DNA from: Eledone cirrhosa
Lineage: Eukaryota
Direction of reading: 5' to 3'
Length of the DNA: 64,000 nucleotides
Assembly (NCBI GenBank): GCA_964016885.1
Contig: OZ024740.1
Coordinates: 223,324,001 to 223,388,000, forward strand
The notes under the pieces were generated by a model, which made no database searches, had not been told where the DNA came from, and saw nothing but the letters and a program-made list of their open reading frames with translations. Numbering within the stretch: position 1 is the stretch's first letter; every line of letters starts with the position of its first letter. Below, piece after piece: positions 13,629 through 27,945 of this stretch. Both the position numbers and the translations under genes were made by a program.

Positions 13629-15279
13629 TCCATATAATATATAATATTGATATCTTCAACAAGTGTGAAATTCTTCATACTTTAGATTATCAGGATGGAA
13701 GATGGCAACTAATGCTATCAGGTAATTGCTGTAGATTTGTTCTTTCACTACTTTGTAAATTCAATTAATTTTCACTTAAGACTTAGATTATTTTAAAGAA
13801 TCCTCTGAACTTAAATGCATATATGTGTCAGTAGGTTAAAAGGGTCATTTTTCTAGCATTGATTCAATGCAGACTTTAAAAGAAAATCCCTATAGTTTTC
13901 TTTCATAATGAATTACTTCCTCCCTCTAAGTCATTATTTCATCAATGCCAGCACCATTGTTGTAACTTTTGAAGTTATAATGAAATAATCATGCTTATCA
14001 AAAATATAAGTTATTCTGCTTTCTCTTGCTTTTCACATCAACTACTGATCTTCAAAGGTACAAATTGTACATATATCAAGGAGATATGACAGGTCCATCT
14101 AGTCAAGGAATACAGAAGATGAGATAGAGATGTGATTAATAAATATGTTGATGTTGTATATGGGAAGGTAGCTTACTCTGTAGATGACTCAACAACTTCT
14201 GTAGTGCTTGTGCCCAAATAAGGTACACCCTGTAACATCTTAAAATGACTGGCATTCGAATGGAGATAATATAAGGTAGAGAGGAAATGACTTATAAGGC
14301 TGATGCTATGATAAAATACACCATGCGCCCTCTGTAAATTGATAGTGCTAGTGCAACGATATAATGTATTTAACTAATCTCAGTTAAGTAGTTGATGTTA
14401 AAAAGTGCATATAGCTATAGAAAGCATGCTAAAATATGGAATGTATTAGCAAGAGGTGGTTCTCTGACTTATTTAATCTCAAACTATGGTGACTTGTCTA
14501 ACCCATGCCAGCATGGATTGTCAAAGTACTTGTAAATACAAACAGAAGAGATTTATAATGAAAAGTATTTTACAGTTCCTATATATTTGAAAATGTATTA
14601 TTTACTTAAGCAGTTTTTAAGTAATAATTTAAAAATATTTCTTCAGTAAAAGTTAATTTCAATGTAACTGTTATTCACAAGTTAATATCTGAATGCTGAA
14701 TTTAAACTTTGTATACAGCTGCAGAATTAATTATGTTATAAATCAGATTTATATACCTTTTGGCATATTCCAAATTTTTTTTTATATATTTGTTGTCATA
14801 ATGGTTCATTGAAATGTATATGACAAGTCAATTATCAGAAGACCTTAATATTTGATAAAATTGAAATATCTGTTAACAATATATTCCTGCAGGACAACTG
14901 ATCAATATCAACTTATAGCCACACAGCAAGTTTAGGATGCTGAATGTCAGAAAAATTGGCACAAATAAATAGTATGATTAAGGATCCTTTTCTATTTTCC
15001 TAAAATGTCTGATAAATCTAAAGGTTCTTACGAAATGGAGCCTGCAGTCTTAGGCTATTATTTCTTAGAAATTAGAATCTAGTTTACTATTGATAAACTT
15101 TGTTTAAAAAAGATACAGAAATATATTACATTATCTAGAGAGAATTAAAACTTTTTTCTATGTTCATTTATCTTCCTAAAGATACTTGGACAGTTATTTG
15201 TATAAATATCATTTCATTAGTATACTTTTTAATTTTGTTTCATATGTTAAAAAGATAGAATTGGAGAAAAAACTTATAC

Positions 15280-15358
15280 CATGGAAAAATTATCAGTCAT
15301 CAGAATTTCTGGTGCTTCTGATTCTTGGATTAAAAGGGTTTCTAGGTTAGCTCCCTTG
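15280..15358 (-). other. candidate 79-bp internal exon (unverified)
   Basis: Minus strand: acceptor ttttttctgtttgtag, open frame KGANLETLLIQESEAPEILMTDNFSM, donor gtataag; no recognised homology and no partner exon identified. Confidence 0.2.
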
Positions 15359-17727
15359 CTACAAACAGAAAAAACATCAACGAAATGCAACTAGATATAA
15401 AATGACAAGTTATTTTTTAATGGAGTTAGAGAAGGTATACATTAGAAGAGAATACAGTTAATCATTAAATCCTTGTAAAAATATATGTATGAATGGGAAA
15501 CAACCGTTCTGTTTTAGTATATCAAAAATACAAGCTGTTTATATCTTTAGAGCACGTATAGAAGAAGCTGTCATAATTTTGTAAAGTATTGTTTTGACAA
15601 TTCTCTATGTTATATTTCAGACAAAAGATATTATAAAAGCTGCATGATGCATAATTCATGGTAAACCAGTTACTGTTATTGTTTTCATACACAAAACCTG
15701 TCTTTTGCAAAATAACTAGAAAATACTTAATGTAGTTTCTATGCAATATCTAAGACAGTTATTCACTTGTGTTCATCAAAATTTGATTTTTGAGATTATT
15801 TTTTTCAATGTATTATTAGCTAAAGTAATAAATTAACACTTGCTAAAATTATTTAGAGTTTCCTCTACATTCGATAGCAGATTTTTATATGTCTTTCAAA
15901 GGAAGTTTCCAGTCATGATATGTTGTCATATTACATTTTCTCACAAGTGTCAAAAAGATACTTTAGGGAAATTTGTGTTTAAAAGAATAACTTAGAAAAA
16001 ATATTTGATGAAGTCCATAAAGTTCAAGTTAGTTTCTGTTTGAGTGTTATTACATATATTTCAGAACTTTTAATTTAGCAAGGAATACAGTAAAAAGAAA
16101 GTCATTCTCTAGCCGACTGCTTTCAGCTACCAAATATAAGTTTTGAATCAATAGCACAGGAGTTCAGATTTAGGCAACCCTGGACATTTTTAAACACTAA
16201 TGTGGTATATCTGGACATCTTTATACAAACACTAATGGAAGAATGGCTAAGTCAAAAGGACTTCATTTCAATATTGCAGAGATCATAAAAATTATAAAAA
16301 CCTGAAAGCAAAAATACAAGCTCTTTGGTATCATTGGCAAGTTAATGTATAAAAGTAAGTTTAATTTTTACTGTGGTTATCACTCAGGATAAGTGTAATG
16401 CAGAAATGTCAGGACCATTTTCCTTGCTAAAGCCGAGGCTAACATTACATGCCTTATGAAAGGCTTCATCCTCATAATGGTGTCTTTTTTGAAGCAATGT
16501 TTTACAGTGATGCCCATCTTCGTAACAATCATTTTAGTTCTCACATGACACACAGGGATAAAGTGTACCTATTTGAAAGGGATACATATCTGCCATCATT
16601 ACAATGCCTGCATTGTAAAGATAGCTGAGTATCTATTTAATGACTATGTTATATGTAAAATTCCATGATTGTATAGAGGCAGCACTGCTATAAGGAAATC
16701 AGTTTTTAGATTTAGAGTCATTAGTCATATAAAAGATATGATTAATGTCCATATCCAAGAAGGTGCAACCAGTCATTTGTTTAGTTATCTTGGATGGAAT
16801 AGTGATACAGTTAAATTTTTGCCAAATGTTGCTGGCATAGAATTGATGTTGGTGTCATCTGTCTGCTGACATGAAGTACTGGTGGTAGGGCATATTGAAA
16901 GGTAGAATAATGTGGGTTTGGTTGATTTAATTAGGCTCTCATCAGGTATTGTAATAGTAGTGTGGATGTTGGGTTTAAAAGTGAGAAACAAGTCAAATCT
17001 TATTTAGAAAATATACAATTTCTTATTTAGAAATCTTATTTAGAAAGTATACAATTTCTAAAAAATACAATCATACAATTTTCTAAAAAATAATCGCTGA
17101 ATCCATGAATATAATTTAGAGATAATCGTCATCAACCTAATTTTAAAATGCCATTAAGTTTTTCAAAATGTGTTTTTGAGAAGAAACCTATACATAAAAA
17201 AAAAAAAATTGTAGTTGACTTTGGTTAATTGAAGATTTCAACTCAAAGAAAAATGTCAATTAGGTACAGGTGAGAGATCCCAGAAAAGCTCAGTCAGAAA
17301 AAAAAGATAATATGAGAGAGAGGGTAAGTGAGATTAAGGGACCAGTGTTCAAGATGAGGGGTGATGAAATAACTGCTGATGGCTGAAGGAGATTAAAATG
17401 GAGCAGGAAAAAAGGTACTAAAATATAGAAAATATTTATAGTCTAGAACTGATTATTTTAGTTTCTATCGTTTGTTTACTGACATACTCTGTGCATAATT
17501 TTTTATATCTATTTGGTCATTCTAGTCTAGCCAGCTTGCTGACTGTATATGTTTTGATGAAGGGATATGTATGCATGGTCCCATAACACCTGATAGAGAC
17601 GTTGGGGTGCCGTATTGACCGACAGCATGTCTTGGGCATTTTAAGCTTGGTAGAGCCCATCCCTCTCCAACCCTAAGTACAGCAGATTTCTTCCAGTAAA
17701 ATATAGAAAGTAAGAGAGAGGAAGAAT

Positions 17728-17862
17728 CGACTGGTACTTTTTTTATCGCCCTTGAAAGGATGAAAGTTAAAGTTGACCTCGGCGGGATTTGAACTCAGAG
17801 AGATGGAACGAATATCATAAAGCATTCTATCTGACATTCTAACGACTGACAATTTGGCCCCT
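17728..17862 (-). mobile_element. degraded SINE family A
   Basis: 'actggtac...ggatgaaagttaaagttgacctcggcgggatttgaactcag' core. Confidence 0.65.
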
Positions 17863-18199
17863 TGATGAAGAGATATAATAAGTTCAAAACATGGAAGTAG
17901 CATTCAGCATGTGGACTTATAGACAAAGCCTAATCCCACTGTATCATCTTATATTTGATCGGTCAGAGCTATACGAATTCACTCATGCTCTCAAGAGACA
18001 TTTGGTTTTGAAATCCTGACGTCAAATTTGCCTTTAACCCCTATTGAGTTGATAAAATAGAGTAGCAGTTGTAATCGATTTTGCCCTTCCAATAAATTAC
18101 TGATCTTGAGCCTATGTTACAAAAAGTTATATACACATATTTTGGCATTGCACTCGCTTCGGAATGCAATGTGTGTATATATATATATATGTAATGTAC

Positions 18200-19860
18200 C
18201 CTGCAAGGAATCGGGGTACATTACATAGAGACCAGGGGGGAAGCTAGGCGACAAGTATACTTAGCTAAAAGGGAAGCGGAGGATAGAAAATGCAAGCATG
18301 TTTTGCAGCGGGAGGACCAGAAACAGGAGGTGTTCAGGATTGTCAGGCAGTCTGTTAGAGAAAATTGAGATGTCATTGGAGAGAAGTGTGTCCGGAATGA
18401 TAACGGTGAGCTTGCCCTCACAAGTGCTGATAAGAAAGCTGCATGGAAGAGACATTATGAAAGATTACTAAATGAGGAGAATGCATGGGAGAAAGAGACT
18501 CTACTCCAAGTGGACCCTATAGAGGGACCAGCAATACAAGTCAGCAGCAGTGTAGTAAGTAAGGCAATTAAAGATCTGAAGACTGGGAAGGCAACCGGTC
18601 CATCGGGTATAGTGGCTGAGATGCTGAAAGCATCTGGATCAGTAGGTCACACCATAACCACACGTATTTTTAACCAGGTAATACAAGAGAGTGTCATACC
18701 AAAGGATTGTCGCAGCAGCATCATTGTCAACTGATACAACGTTAAAGGTGATGAACTAGATAGCGGAAACTATAGAGGTATGAAGCTGATGGACCAGGTC
18801 ATGAAAGTAACGGAAAGAGTTATAGAATAGCTGATTAGGGACCGGGTAAAACTAGATGAGATGCAATTTGGGTTTGGGCCAGGAATGCTCAGTATGTCGG
18901 AAAGGTGTAGGTAGGAATTCTATCCTCTGCCCCAAATGCAAACTATGGTTACACAAGAGATATAATGAGATCTCAGGAAGCTTAGTTAAGAATGTAGGCT
19001 TTACATGTAGCAGCACTCTGGGAGTGCTCTGTAGAAACAGTAGACAGCTAGGTGACCAAATTAGCAGCGGAGGTGGGTGTTCTGAAAGTACAGTAACCAG
19101 GGTAAGAACTGGATGGAAGAAGTTCAGGGAGCTACTGCCACTGCTAGTTGCAAAAGGCTTTTCCCTCAAAATGAAAGGCAGAGTGTATGATACATGCATA
19201 CGAACAGCAATGTTACATGGTAGTGAGATATGGGTGCTGTGCATAGAAGACTTGCGTTGATTAAAAAGAAACAAAGTTTGCATGTTCCAATGGATGTGTA
19301 ATAGTAATATAAGCGAACAGCAAAGCATACACGAACAGAGAGAGACTGAACATAAGAGGAATCAAATGCTGTGTGCAGGAGAGGAGGTTGCATTGGTATG
19401 GGCATGTGATGTGTATGAAGGATGACAGCACTAAAAAAAAGTTGATGGAAGCCGTGGAGTGGGGAGTACAAGAAGACCTGAGATGAGGTGACAAAAGCGG
19501 ACCTTGCCCAATAGCACCTCTCAATAGCGATGACACATGACCGTAACCTCTGGCATCATGCAGTAATAAAGAAGACCCGATTTCCCATGGGAACAAGCCA
19601 CAGCCAAAGCATATAGGCAATATGCATCCATTCCCTCCCACTGCAAAGTGGTTGTGGAGACGCTACGACAAAAAAAGCACCTAAACCATATTGTAAATTA
19701 GGTTGGTGTTAGGCATCCAGCTGTAGAAATCAAGCCAAAATCCTTTCTCATATGAACAAGACAAAGTCAGCCAACCTAACATTGTCGACAACAGGACAAC
19801 CCATCTAACCCATGCTAGCATGGAAGCATGAATGTAAAACGGTGATGATGATGATGATAT
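18200..19860 (+). mobile_element. RTE-clade LINE, 5'-truncated, internally deleted, with 3' tail
   Basis: KAIKDLKTGKATGPSGIVAEMLK (RT-proximal), QFGF, Cys-rich CSVCRKGVGRNSILCPKC, GWKKFRELLPLL, MLHGSEIW, LHWYGHV; ends in acccatgctagcatgg and (GAT)n; stops and frameshifts. Confidence 0.85.
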
Positions 19861-20029
19861 ATATATATATATATATGTTGGTTTACGAAGCTAGTCAAAG
19901 AGAATCAGTACAGCTTCAGCCATCTCTTAGCCACTCAATGATATAATAAACTTTGTACATTAGAAATATAAACTCATTAATCAGAGTATGTTAATCAGTA
20001 AGAAAAATGACTGTGAGTAATGATGTTTG

Positions 20030-20127
20030 CATATATATAAATACATGTATATATGTATATATATAATATATATGCATATATATAAATATATACATGCATA
20101 TATATAAATACATGTTTATATATATAT

Positions 20128-20194
<67 letters not shown>

Positions 20195-20250
20195 AACACA
20201 CACATTTATTTTTATATATATATATATATTTATTTATATATATTTATATT
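20030..20250. repeat. (TA)n/(CA)n microsatellite
   Basis: Directly visible dinucleotide array. Confidence 0.95.
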
Positions 20251-20664
20251 AGATAACAGCCAAAATATGTCTAGCTTTATTGTCTTCCTGGAACTATTTA
20301 ACTATTTTTCATTTATTAAATAATATTTAGAAATTTTTTAATCTGGCTGCCTGTGGAAAATTCCAATCTCTTCAATCTGATTAGCAGGCATTTATTTGTC
20401 AAAGGGTATTAAATCTTAAGCTGGTTAGAAAATTTCATTATGAGGGGAGAAAAATGATAAATTTGAACTATGAAGAAAACAAGTAAATACCAGAATATGA
20501 AAATTTTCACTAATTAAAAAATTATCTTTGTAGATAAAGTACTTAAAAAATCCCAGTTAAAATTAATTGCTTATGTTGGTGGTTATTAATTAGTTGAGAT
20601 GACTGACACTTCTCATTTGTTACGTTGTCTTGGATTCAGGCGATATATTGTGTATGTGTGAGTG

Positions 20665-20701
<37 letters not shown>

Positions 20702-20722
20702 GTGTACGTGTGTGTGTGTACA

Positions 20723-20890
20723 TACAAGGGTGGGCTAGAAAGTTCATATGAAGAATTGATGCAAGAGCTGTGAAATCTTGAATGCATTAATTTCAACTCT
20801 ACTTAATAACTGCATTGTTTCTTTCCAGAGACTTTGTCGAAAAATAAACCTCATTTGGTCATTCCATGAGAGTATCTTGGTCATCATACC
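20723..20890 (+). mobile_element. mariner-derived MITE remnant
   Basis: Starts 'tacaagggtgggctagaaagttc', resembling a mariner TIR; a related terminus 'cagggtgctgaaaagtttctggct' lies at ~21291. Confidence 0.35.
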
Positions 20891-22054
20891 CTCTTATATA
20901 TATCTTTATATACATCCTTATCAAATGGAAGTTTGTACTTTAACTGCTAATAACACTAAATAAAATTGAGAAGGTTTTTTTGTGTTTTCAACTAATCTGA
21001 CTTCTGCCAAGCTCATTCTTGACTTTCTTTTCAAAAAATTGTATGGTGAGAATTTACTGCTATTTCTAGCACAGCAGTACTGTCTGGTCTTCCCTCATGC
21101 TATCTATAAAAAGGAAGTGAAATACTACTTTAACTCTCACTCAATCTACCTCTCCCTCTCTTTAAATAACTAAAACTTTTAAACTTTTTATTTCATTTGT
21201 TCTCTGCCAGTCTCACATCTGACTAAATCTCTCTCTCTTTTCTATCCAGCTGTATGTGTCTCTCACTCTTTTTGAATGTATAAGATATATCAGGGTGCTG
21301 AAAAGTTTCTGGCTTAAGGTTGTGCATTATGTCCCTGAGCAAGACACCTCCCTTCACACTGGTTCAACCCACTCAGGTAGAAAAACTGAATAGCAGTGAC
21401 ACTAGTAACAAGCTGTATCATATTAGCCAATGCAATAATGTTGTTAGTGAAATTTGCTTGGATAGGCTCCTACTGGTCTGCCACAAATCACTTGCCCATG
21501 TTTTCGTCTTGGAGAGGAACTTTGCATGTGCAAACCCACGGTCAACTTCGGGGCTCTGTATGCCACTGAGTAATCAATATTAGCACAAAGTTAAATCCAT
21601 AAATATGAACATTGAACTGCAGTTAGAATATATATTGATATATTTATTGAATAACAAGACAAGAAACTAGAACAATTTAGAAGAATTTTAAACTAAGCTA
21701 CATCATTAGAAGACCAAACCATATCTATCAGAAGCTTGGCCAAACACTAAATATATAACTATATAATCCAATCACAGCATAACATTTTAAGAAACATCAA
21801 ACAGCAACTTTAAACTGGTTGCAAGCAGGGAAAAGCGGACGTAAAATGATGATGATGATGATGATATATAGCTATAAGCAGTTTTAAGACTCTTTCGTTT
21901 CAAAATAATGTGGTTAAGATGCTACATTTATGTTATATGTGAGCTACTTCTTGCCATAAGTTATGCTTTGATTACATAGGAAGTAAATTATATTCAATGT
22001 AGCTGAAATGTTGATAGTTATTTAGCTATAGCTTTGGAAATACACAAAATATCA

Positions 22055-22490
22055 CCATCACTGTTTTAAGATAATTTTTCCATCCTTGCATGGGTTGGAT
22101 GTGTCTGATCCAGTGCTGCATCCTCCCACTCGTTGCAGTCCATCAACCCTATTCTGAGATTCATTGATTTGAAATTAGCTCTTCGAAATTCTACTGAAAT
22201 CTACCTTGGACATCCCCTACTCTAGCTCCCTTCTACTGGGATTTCTTGACACTTTTTACCCAACAATCATCATCTATTATTATCACAAGATTATACTAGA
22301 GCCGTTTTCTCTCCTGCAAACTACATCTGGTTCTTAACAGCTCTGCTATGCTTTGTCATTCCCACACATCCATTGAAGAATGTTCACTTCATTTCGCTCT
22401 AACCTTCATATATCCTCAACATAAATTACCCATGTGTCACTGCACATCATACATCCAGTCTTTCACTCAGAGAGAGAAAACTTTTGAGGT
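22055..22490 (-). mobile_element. degraded RTE 3' fragment
   Basis: Reverse complement resembles the RTE C-terminus (GSE-TW, ERNE, RWM, GRPR-like segments) plus the tail catgcaaggatgg. Confidence 0.5.
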
Positions 22491-23965
22491 ACCAGTTTAA
22501 GTTAGATTTTTCCATGTTTGCATGGGTTGGATGAGTCAGCATGGCCTCAGCTAGTTGGCTAGAACATGTAAAAGAGTAAAAGTGTAGCTCTCTGAACATT
22601 GTCCATCCTGTTCTTATTCTAGCTACTATGCTCTCATTGCAGGCTCTTCTTCCACTAATTTATTCAGCTAATCGTCATCTAATACATTGCCTATTTTAAC
22701 ACCACTGCTAGATCTTTGGCTGCTTTGAATGGAGTTCACTTTGATGCCAGTATTGAAACAATATTTCTGCTTTGGGAATAACTTCTAACTAGCAGTATAA
22801 GAGACTATGATAATGACCAAGAGTACTTTTGTTCCTTTAGTGATTAAATGATATAAGGATAGGTAATCTAGATAGCTATTTAAGATTAAATTATGGTCTG
22901 TTGCATCACTGAATACAGAGTAGCTGTAGTCAGCAGTTTTAAACAGAAGGTAAGGAATACAGGAATGTTGTGTAAAGTGGATCAACTGGGAATTCAAATT
23001 GCATATACGACTTAGCTGCAGCTTAACAATAATGTTTCAGATTGGTTGACTAGAAATTATTGTATTATGTACATCAAATATACTGGTGTGCATAATATAT
23101 GAGCAGAATAAGTTGTGAGATTAGATTACTGTAACAATTCACTAGTAATAGTATATATATATATATATATAAATATATATATATATGGTATCATTAGGAA
23201 TATTTAATTAAAAAGAGAGGAGATGGTGCTGGCAAAATGTCTAGAGTATATGAAGCATAGAAATGGTTTAGTATCTTCGAGTAAAACAAAGCAATTCACG
23301 TTGTGTTTAGAAAACAAGCTCAATATCCTTATCATTTAGTATATATATTTCAATGCCGGCATGGGCTCTACAAATTGTCACAAACCAAGTCAGTATTCAG
23401 TTTTAGCAACTGTTCATCGAGAGGAGACTGCGCCACATCTCATTTACATACTTTCCAATGTTGGCATGGCTTCTGTAGCTGGATGTCCTTCCTGCGTGCG
23501 TGCATAAATGGTTAGCGTTATTTTTTCTTTGTATTCAACATCACAAGTAGTGATATTTGTTTACATATATAAACAAAGACTTTAATGCCTATCTGTTAGA
23601 TGAGCAAAGATATGCAAATAAAAGAGGTTGGCATTAGGGAGGGCATCTAGAATTAGAATTGTGCCAACAAATATCTCATACATCCAATTTAAACATTGAA
23701 ATACAGACATGATCGTGGTGAGAGGTAGTTATGATGATGATCATCATCATCGTCTATGGTAAATAAACTGACATAACGATATAACTGCAGCAATTGAAGG
23801 GAAACAAGATATGTCATGAGTGTAATAAGAACTTGAACGTGAACCTGAGTGAGGAAAGCTGAGCTGATGAGGTTACTTGCTATTAAAAGTAAAATTCTCT
23901 GCATTGGTACCAAGTTAAAAATATAATCTATATCTCTTTATGTGAAAAAAGGGTCGTTAATATAT

Positions 23966-24151
23966 AATAATTGTTTCTACTTTTGGCACAAGGCCAGCAA
24001 TTACCCAGTACATTACTGGTACTTTATTTTATCGACCCCGTAAGGATGAAAGGCAAAGTTGACCTCGGCGGGATTTGAACTCAGAATGGAAAGGGCCGTA
24101 ATTCTATGCATCAAAGCATGACGTCCAACCCTCTACCGATACTGCCAATCC
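23966..24151 (-). mobile_element. SINE family A with 10-bp TSD
   Basis: Near-identical to the other family A copies; TSD atataataat at 23962-23971 and 24152-24161. Confidence 0.9.
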
Positions 24152-27100
24152 ATATAATAATGAAAGTAGTACATAAAAGATGTGCAGATTTAGGTTGAGG
24201 TCAGATCTTTAAATTGTAGGTTCTCCAAGTAAAATGACAAAGAATAGCAATAAGTAGAGAAAGGATGTAATGCAGTGCCGTTGGCTTGTTATATGGAAGA
24301 AGAATCAAAAACATTTAGAAAAAGTAAGAATTAACTATAATACTACCTTATAATACATTTTACTTTGAAAACATTTGTCTCCATTTTTTTCTTGGGGCTA
24401 AGGGAAAGTTTTAATGAAAAGACTAATAAAGTAATAAATCCAAAATCTATACTAAATAATAATAGGCTTTAAACAAATAAATTCCCAGTGGAAAGATCAA
24501 TGAGAAACATTTGCTTCAAAAACATCCATGTGTGGAGCTTAATCTTCTAATTGGTATTCTAGAAATGCTCATCCTATTTTCTTGTTTATACATCATCATC
24601 ACCATCAAGTGTTCATTTTTCACTGCGAGCAAGGGTAAGATTTTATGTTGAATATAGTTGGGAAATATTTGGTAGGAATGAAGTTGCTACCATAAAAATT
24701 TACAATAAATAAACTCTACATGAATGTTTGACCTAGTAGAAATAGCAGCCAAATCTCCTTCAAATAACACAGTACTAACTTTAATGAGAATATATATAAA
24801 AGATAAATAAACATCTTTGGCATCAACAGTGTGCCAGTTTTTAATTAAATGGAACAGCTTTTTAAATTAAAGTGTATTATAGCTAACTATTCTACAGAAA
24901 TGTAAGTAATTTTCAGGGAAGGTTAGCACCACAGTGTGTGACAATGTTGAAACTTTGAATTACAGGTACAACCCATTTAACAAGCTCTTGAACAGTTTGT
25001 GTTTACCCAATTTCACTCAAGGCTTGGGATGAATGGAGGCTTTGGTAAAAGACACTAATCCAAGATACTATGAAGTGAGACCAAATTTAGAACTTCATGA
25101 TTGAAGCAAACCTTTTAGCCATTTAGTCATACTTGTCCAATAAGAGCACATTGAATTATATAGCCCTATATACACCAAAACAAAAAAAGTGATGATTATC
25201 AATTTAGCACTATATTCCATAAGCCTGATCTATCCTAGATGACTTGGGGCTAAACTATTAAGTAGCTCTCAGAGTTTCACTACATAAATTAAATCCAAAG
25301 CAAATCAGATAAATAACCACATTGCAAAGCTTCCTATGATACTCAATTTACCACACTAAAGAAACAACATTTGTACATAAGATGTATTATGAAGTATGCC
25401 AGTCTACTTTAGATCTTTAAATCTTTAATTATTTCTCTACTTATATTACAACCAAATGACAAACTATGCAACATAGTATCCTCTGAATCATAACAAACTC
25501 CATATATATTGTGCACTTCAAATTTGTTGACAACTGTACACAGAAAGGGTGAAGCATTTTAATGTTATTGAAAACAAGACACTCTTTCTCATGTTGGTAT
25601 CATGATATGATACAGCTAGTACACTCATAAACCAATGATATGAAAGCATTAATAGTGATATTATGTCTAAATTCTGTGCTTAGGCCCCAATAGTTTTCCA
25701 AGGATTCGAGATGGCTATGAAGTAGGTTAATCTTATGTTTCCATTATAACCATTTGTAAAGGTATCCATTCATTAAAAAATGCAGTACAAAACATAACAT
25801 GGTCTGATTGCCATACAATATCGCACAAAGCCAGTGAAAAAATAACACAATATCTAGAATGTTTGCTAAAAAGAATATAATGCAATATATATATATATTC
25901 CACCTCATTGTTTCCCTCAAGTAGTCCTTTTCTCACTTACAACTTGCTGGGGTTAGACGTGTGTCTTTTCTCTCACCCACACGCTCTTGAACTTAAGTTC
26001 TCTCATCGCTGTGGTCTTGGATTTACTTACTTTAAGTTGCTTGTACATTGCTCAGTTTGTTGTTTTTTTTCGTTGTTTTCTTTCATTCTCCCTTCTGTTT
26101 TCCTTCCCTCCTTCCTTTGTTTTCCCAATAACTTACCCATTTATTGACGCTCTGGGCAGTAGATATCTTGTCTTTAAAGCGTAGAAATATCCGAGACCCC
26201 CAGTAGACAACTGATGAGGAAAGCCCCCCACCCCCTGTTCTTGCTTTCTTCTTATTCTCACTCCATTTTAAGCTATATATATATATATACATTTATATAT
26301 ATATGTGTGCGTGTGTGATCCAAGAGGACAAGACATGTGTAAGTAGCTACTAAATTTTTCCTCAAGCAGAACTGATCAGAGCTACTAAAAGAAAAAAGCA
26401 AAACAATTTTTACACAATCCACAGAAAGATGTGAAAACAAAAAATTACTAAACAATGAGAAAGAACACTAATGAAGATGTGTCCACATAAATTGCTTAAT
26501 CTGCAATTAATACATCTTTTTCTGAAACAAATTTTTATTGCCTTAGGTGCTAGAATGACAGTCTAATATCTTATTCACAGGTCAACAGGGATTGTCATAG
26601 TTAGACATTCAACTAAATGCTGAAGTTTAATAAAGTATAACATAATGAAAAATATAATTGTCGCTCAATTGAAGAATAATATATAATTAATGACATGTAC
26701 TGCAGCTTATAATTGTGTGCCTTACCTAAGGTCACATTCAATTAAATTTATTTATAGGTTACACGAAGACATAATAGAGATTTTCTTGTTCAATTTATTA
26801 TTTTTTATTGTGTATATAATTCCTTCTTTGTAATTTTATTGCTTCGTTAAAATGAATGAAACTAATTACCATATTTATATTTCTTCAAGTGATTCAGAGC
26901 TGACTGAATTGATAAGATGTTCACCTACTGGCCACTTTATGGTTTAACTCTCTTTCCCATTATTACTCCATCAATACCAGATATACATGACTGTAACTGA
27001 CCCAAATTGACCTATTTTTTTAATGACTCAGAGGTGAAGGACAATTACCATGGTTGTTAACAGAGCTGCAATGTCTTGTGAGAGGAAGAAATGTTATCCA

Positions 27101-27355
27101 TTGACTGCTCAAAAGGACAGATGATGATTTTATACTAGATGCTCTATTATGTCTAACATCTGTTCTTTGGTGATAAAATCAATCTGTCATCTGCATATAG
27201 GTACACGGAAATAGAAACTCAATAGTAAAAGCAGTAGCAGTATGATTTAATGTCAAAACTGAGTTGATCTGTAATTTAGGGGGTCAGTTTTGTCCACACA
27301 ACATGTCACACTGAATCTCCCTGAGAATTACATTAAGAGCACACATGTCTTCAAT

Positions 27356-27565
27356 ACTCTGCATTTTGCACTATAATCTCATGCGCAGGGTATACCACTA
27401 TTTGAACAACTAGAACTTCCATCACCGTAAATGACAGATATATATATGTATATACATAAAAACTCTGCATTTTGCACTATAATCTCATGCACAGTGTATA
27501 CCACTATTTGAACAACTAGAACTTTCATCACCGTAAATGACAGATATATATGTATATACATAAAA
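27356..27565. repeat. tandem duplication, two ~106-bp units
   Basis: actctgcattttgcactataatctcatgc... begins at 27356 and 27462, with few differences between units. Confidence 0.9.
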
Positions 27566-27599
27566 ATATAACATATATATAAGTATTATATAATACTCC

Positions 27600-27686
27600 A
27601 GGTTAACTTTGCCTTAAAGGCAAAGTTAACCTGGAGTAAATACACTGGGATAATTGCTGACCTTGTGCCAAAAGTAGAAACAATTC
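27600..27686 (+). mobile_element. 5'-truncated SINE family A with internal fold-back inversion
   Basis: SINE A sequence on both sides of a perfect 22-bp-arm palindrome; TSD tataatactccag at 27589-27601 and 27687-27699. Confidence 0.85.
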
Positions 27687-27885
27687 TATAATACTCCAGA
27701 TTAATGCTTCTTAATCTGCAGTTTCTCCCATACACTCAGAGGATCATTAGACTTGATGTTTTGACAGATGATCCCGTGAGTGTGCCGATAAAACTCTAGA
27801 GTTATAAGAGCCAAATTTTCATCATCATAAAAAATATTTATAACTCTACTTAGGTATTGAGTACTCATTCTCATGCCCATCCATA

Positions 27886-27944
<59 letters not shown>

Positions 27945-27945
<1 letters not shown>

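Noticed and set aside
26180-26230. gaaa...ctgatgagg hammerhead-like core
   Set aside because: I could not form stems I and II.
26880-27210. Minus-strand LYADD motif at ~27185-27200
   Set aside because: Possibly an ancient LINE RT scrap, but no other motif is recognisable to support a call.
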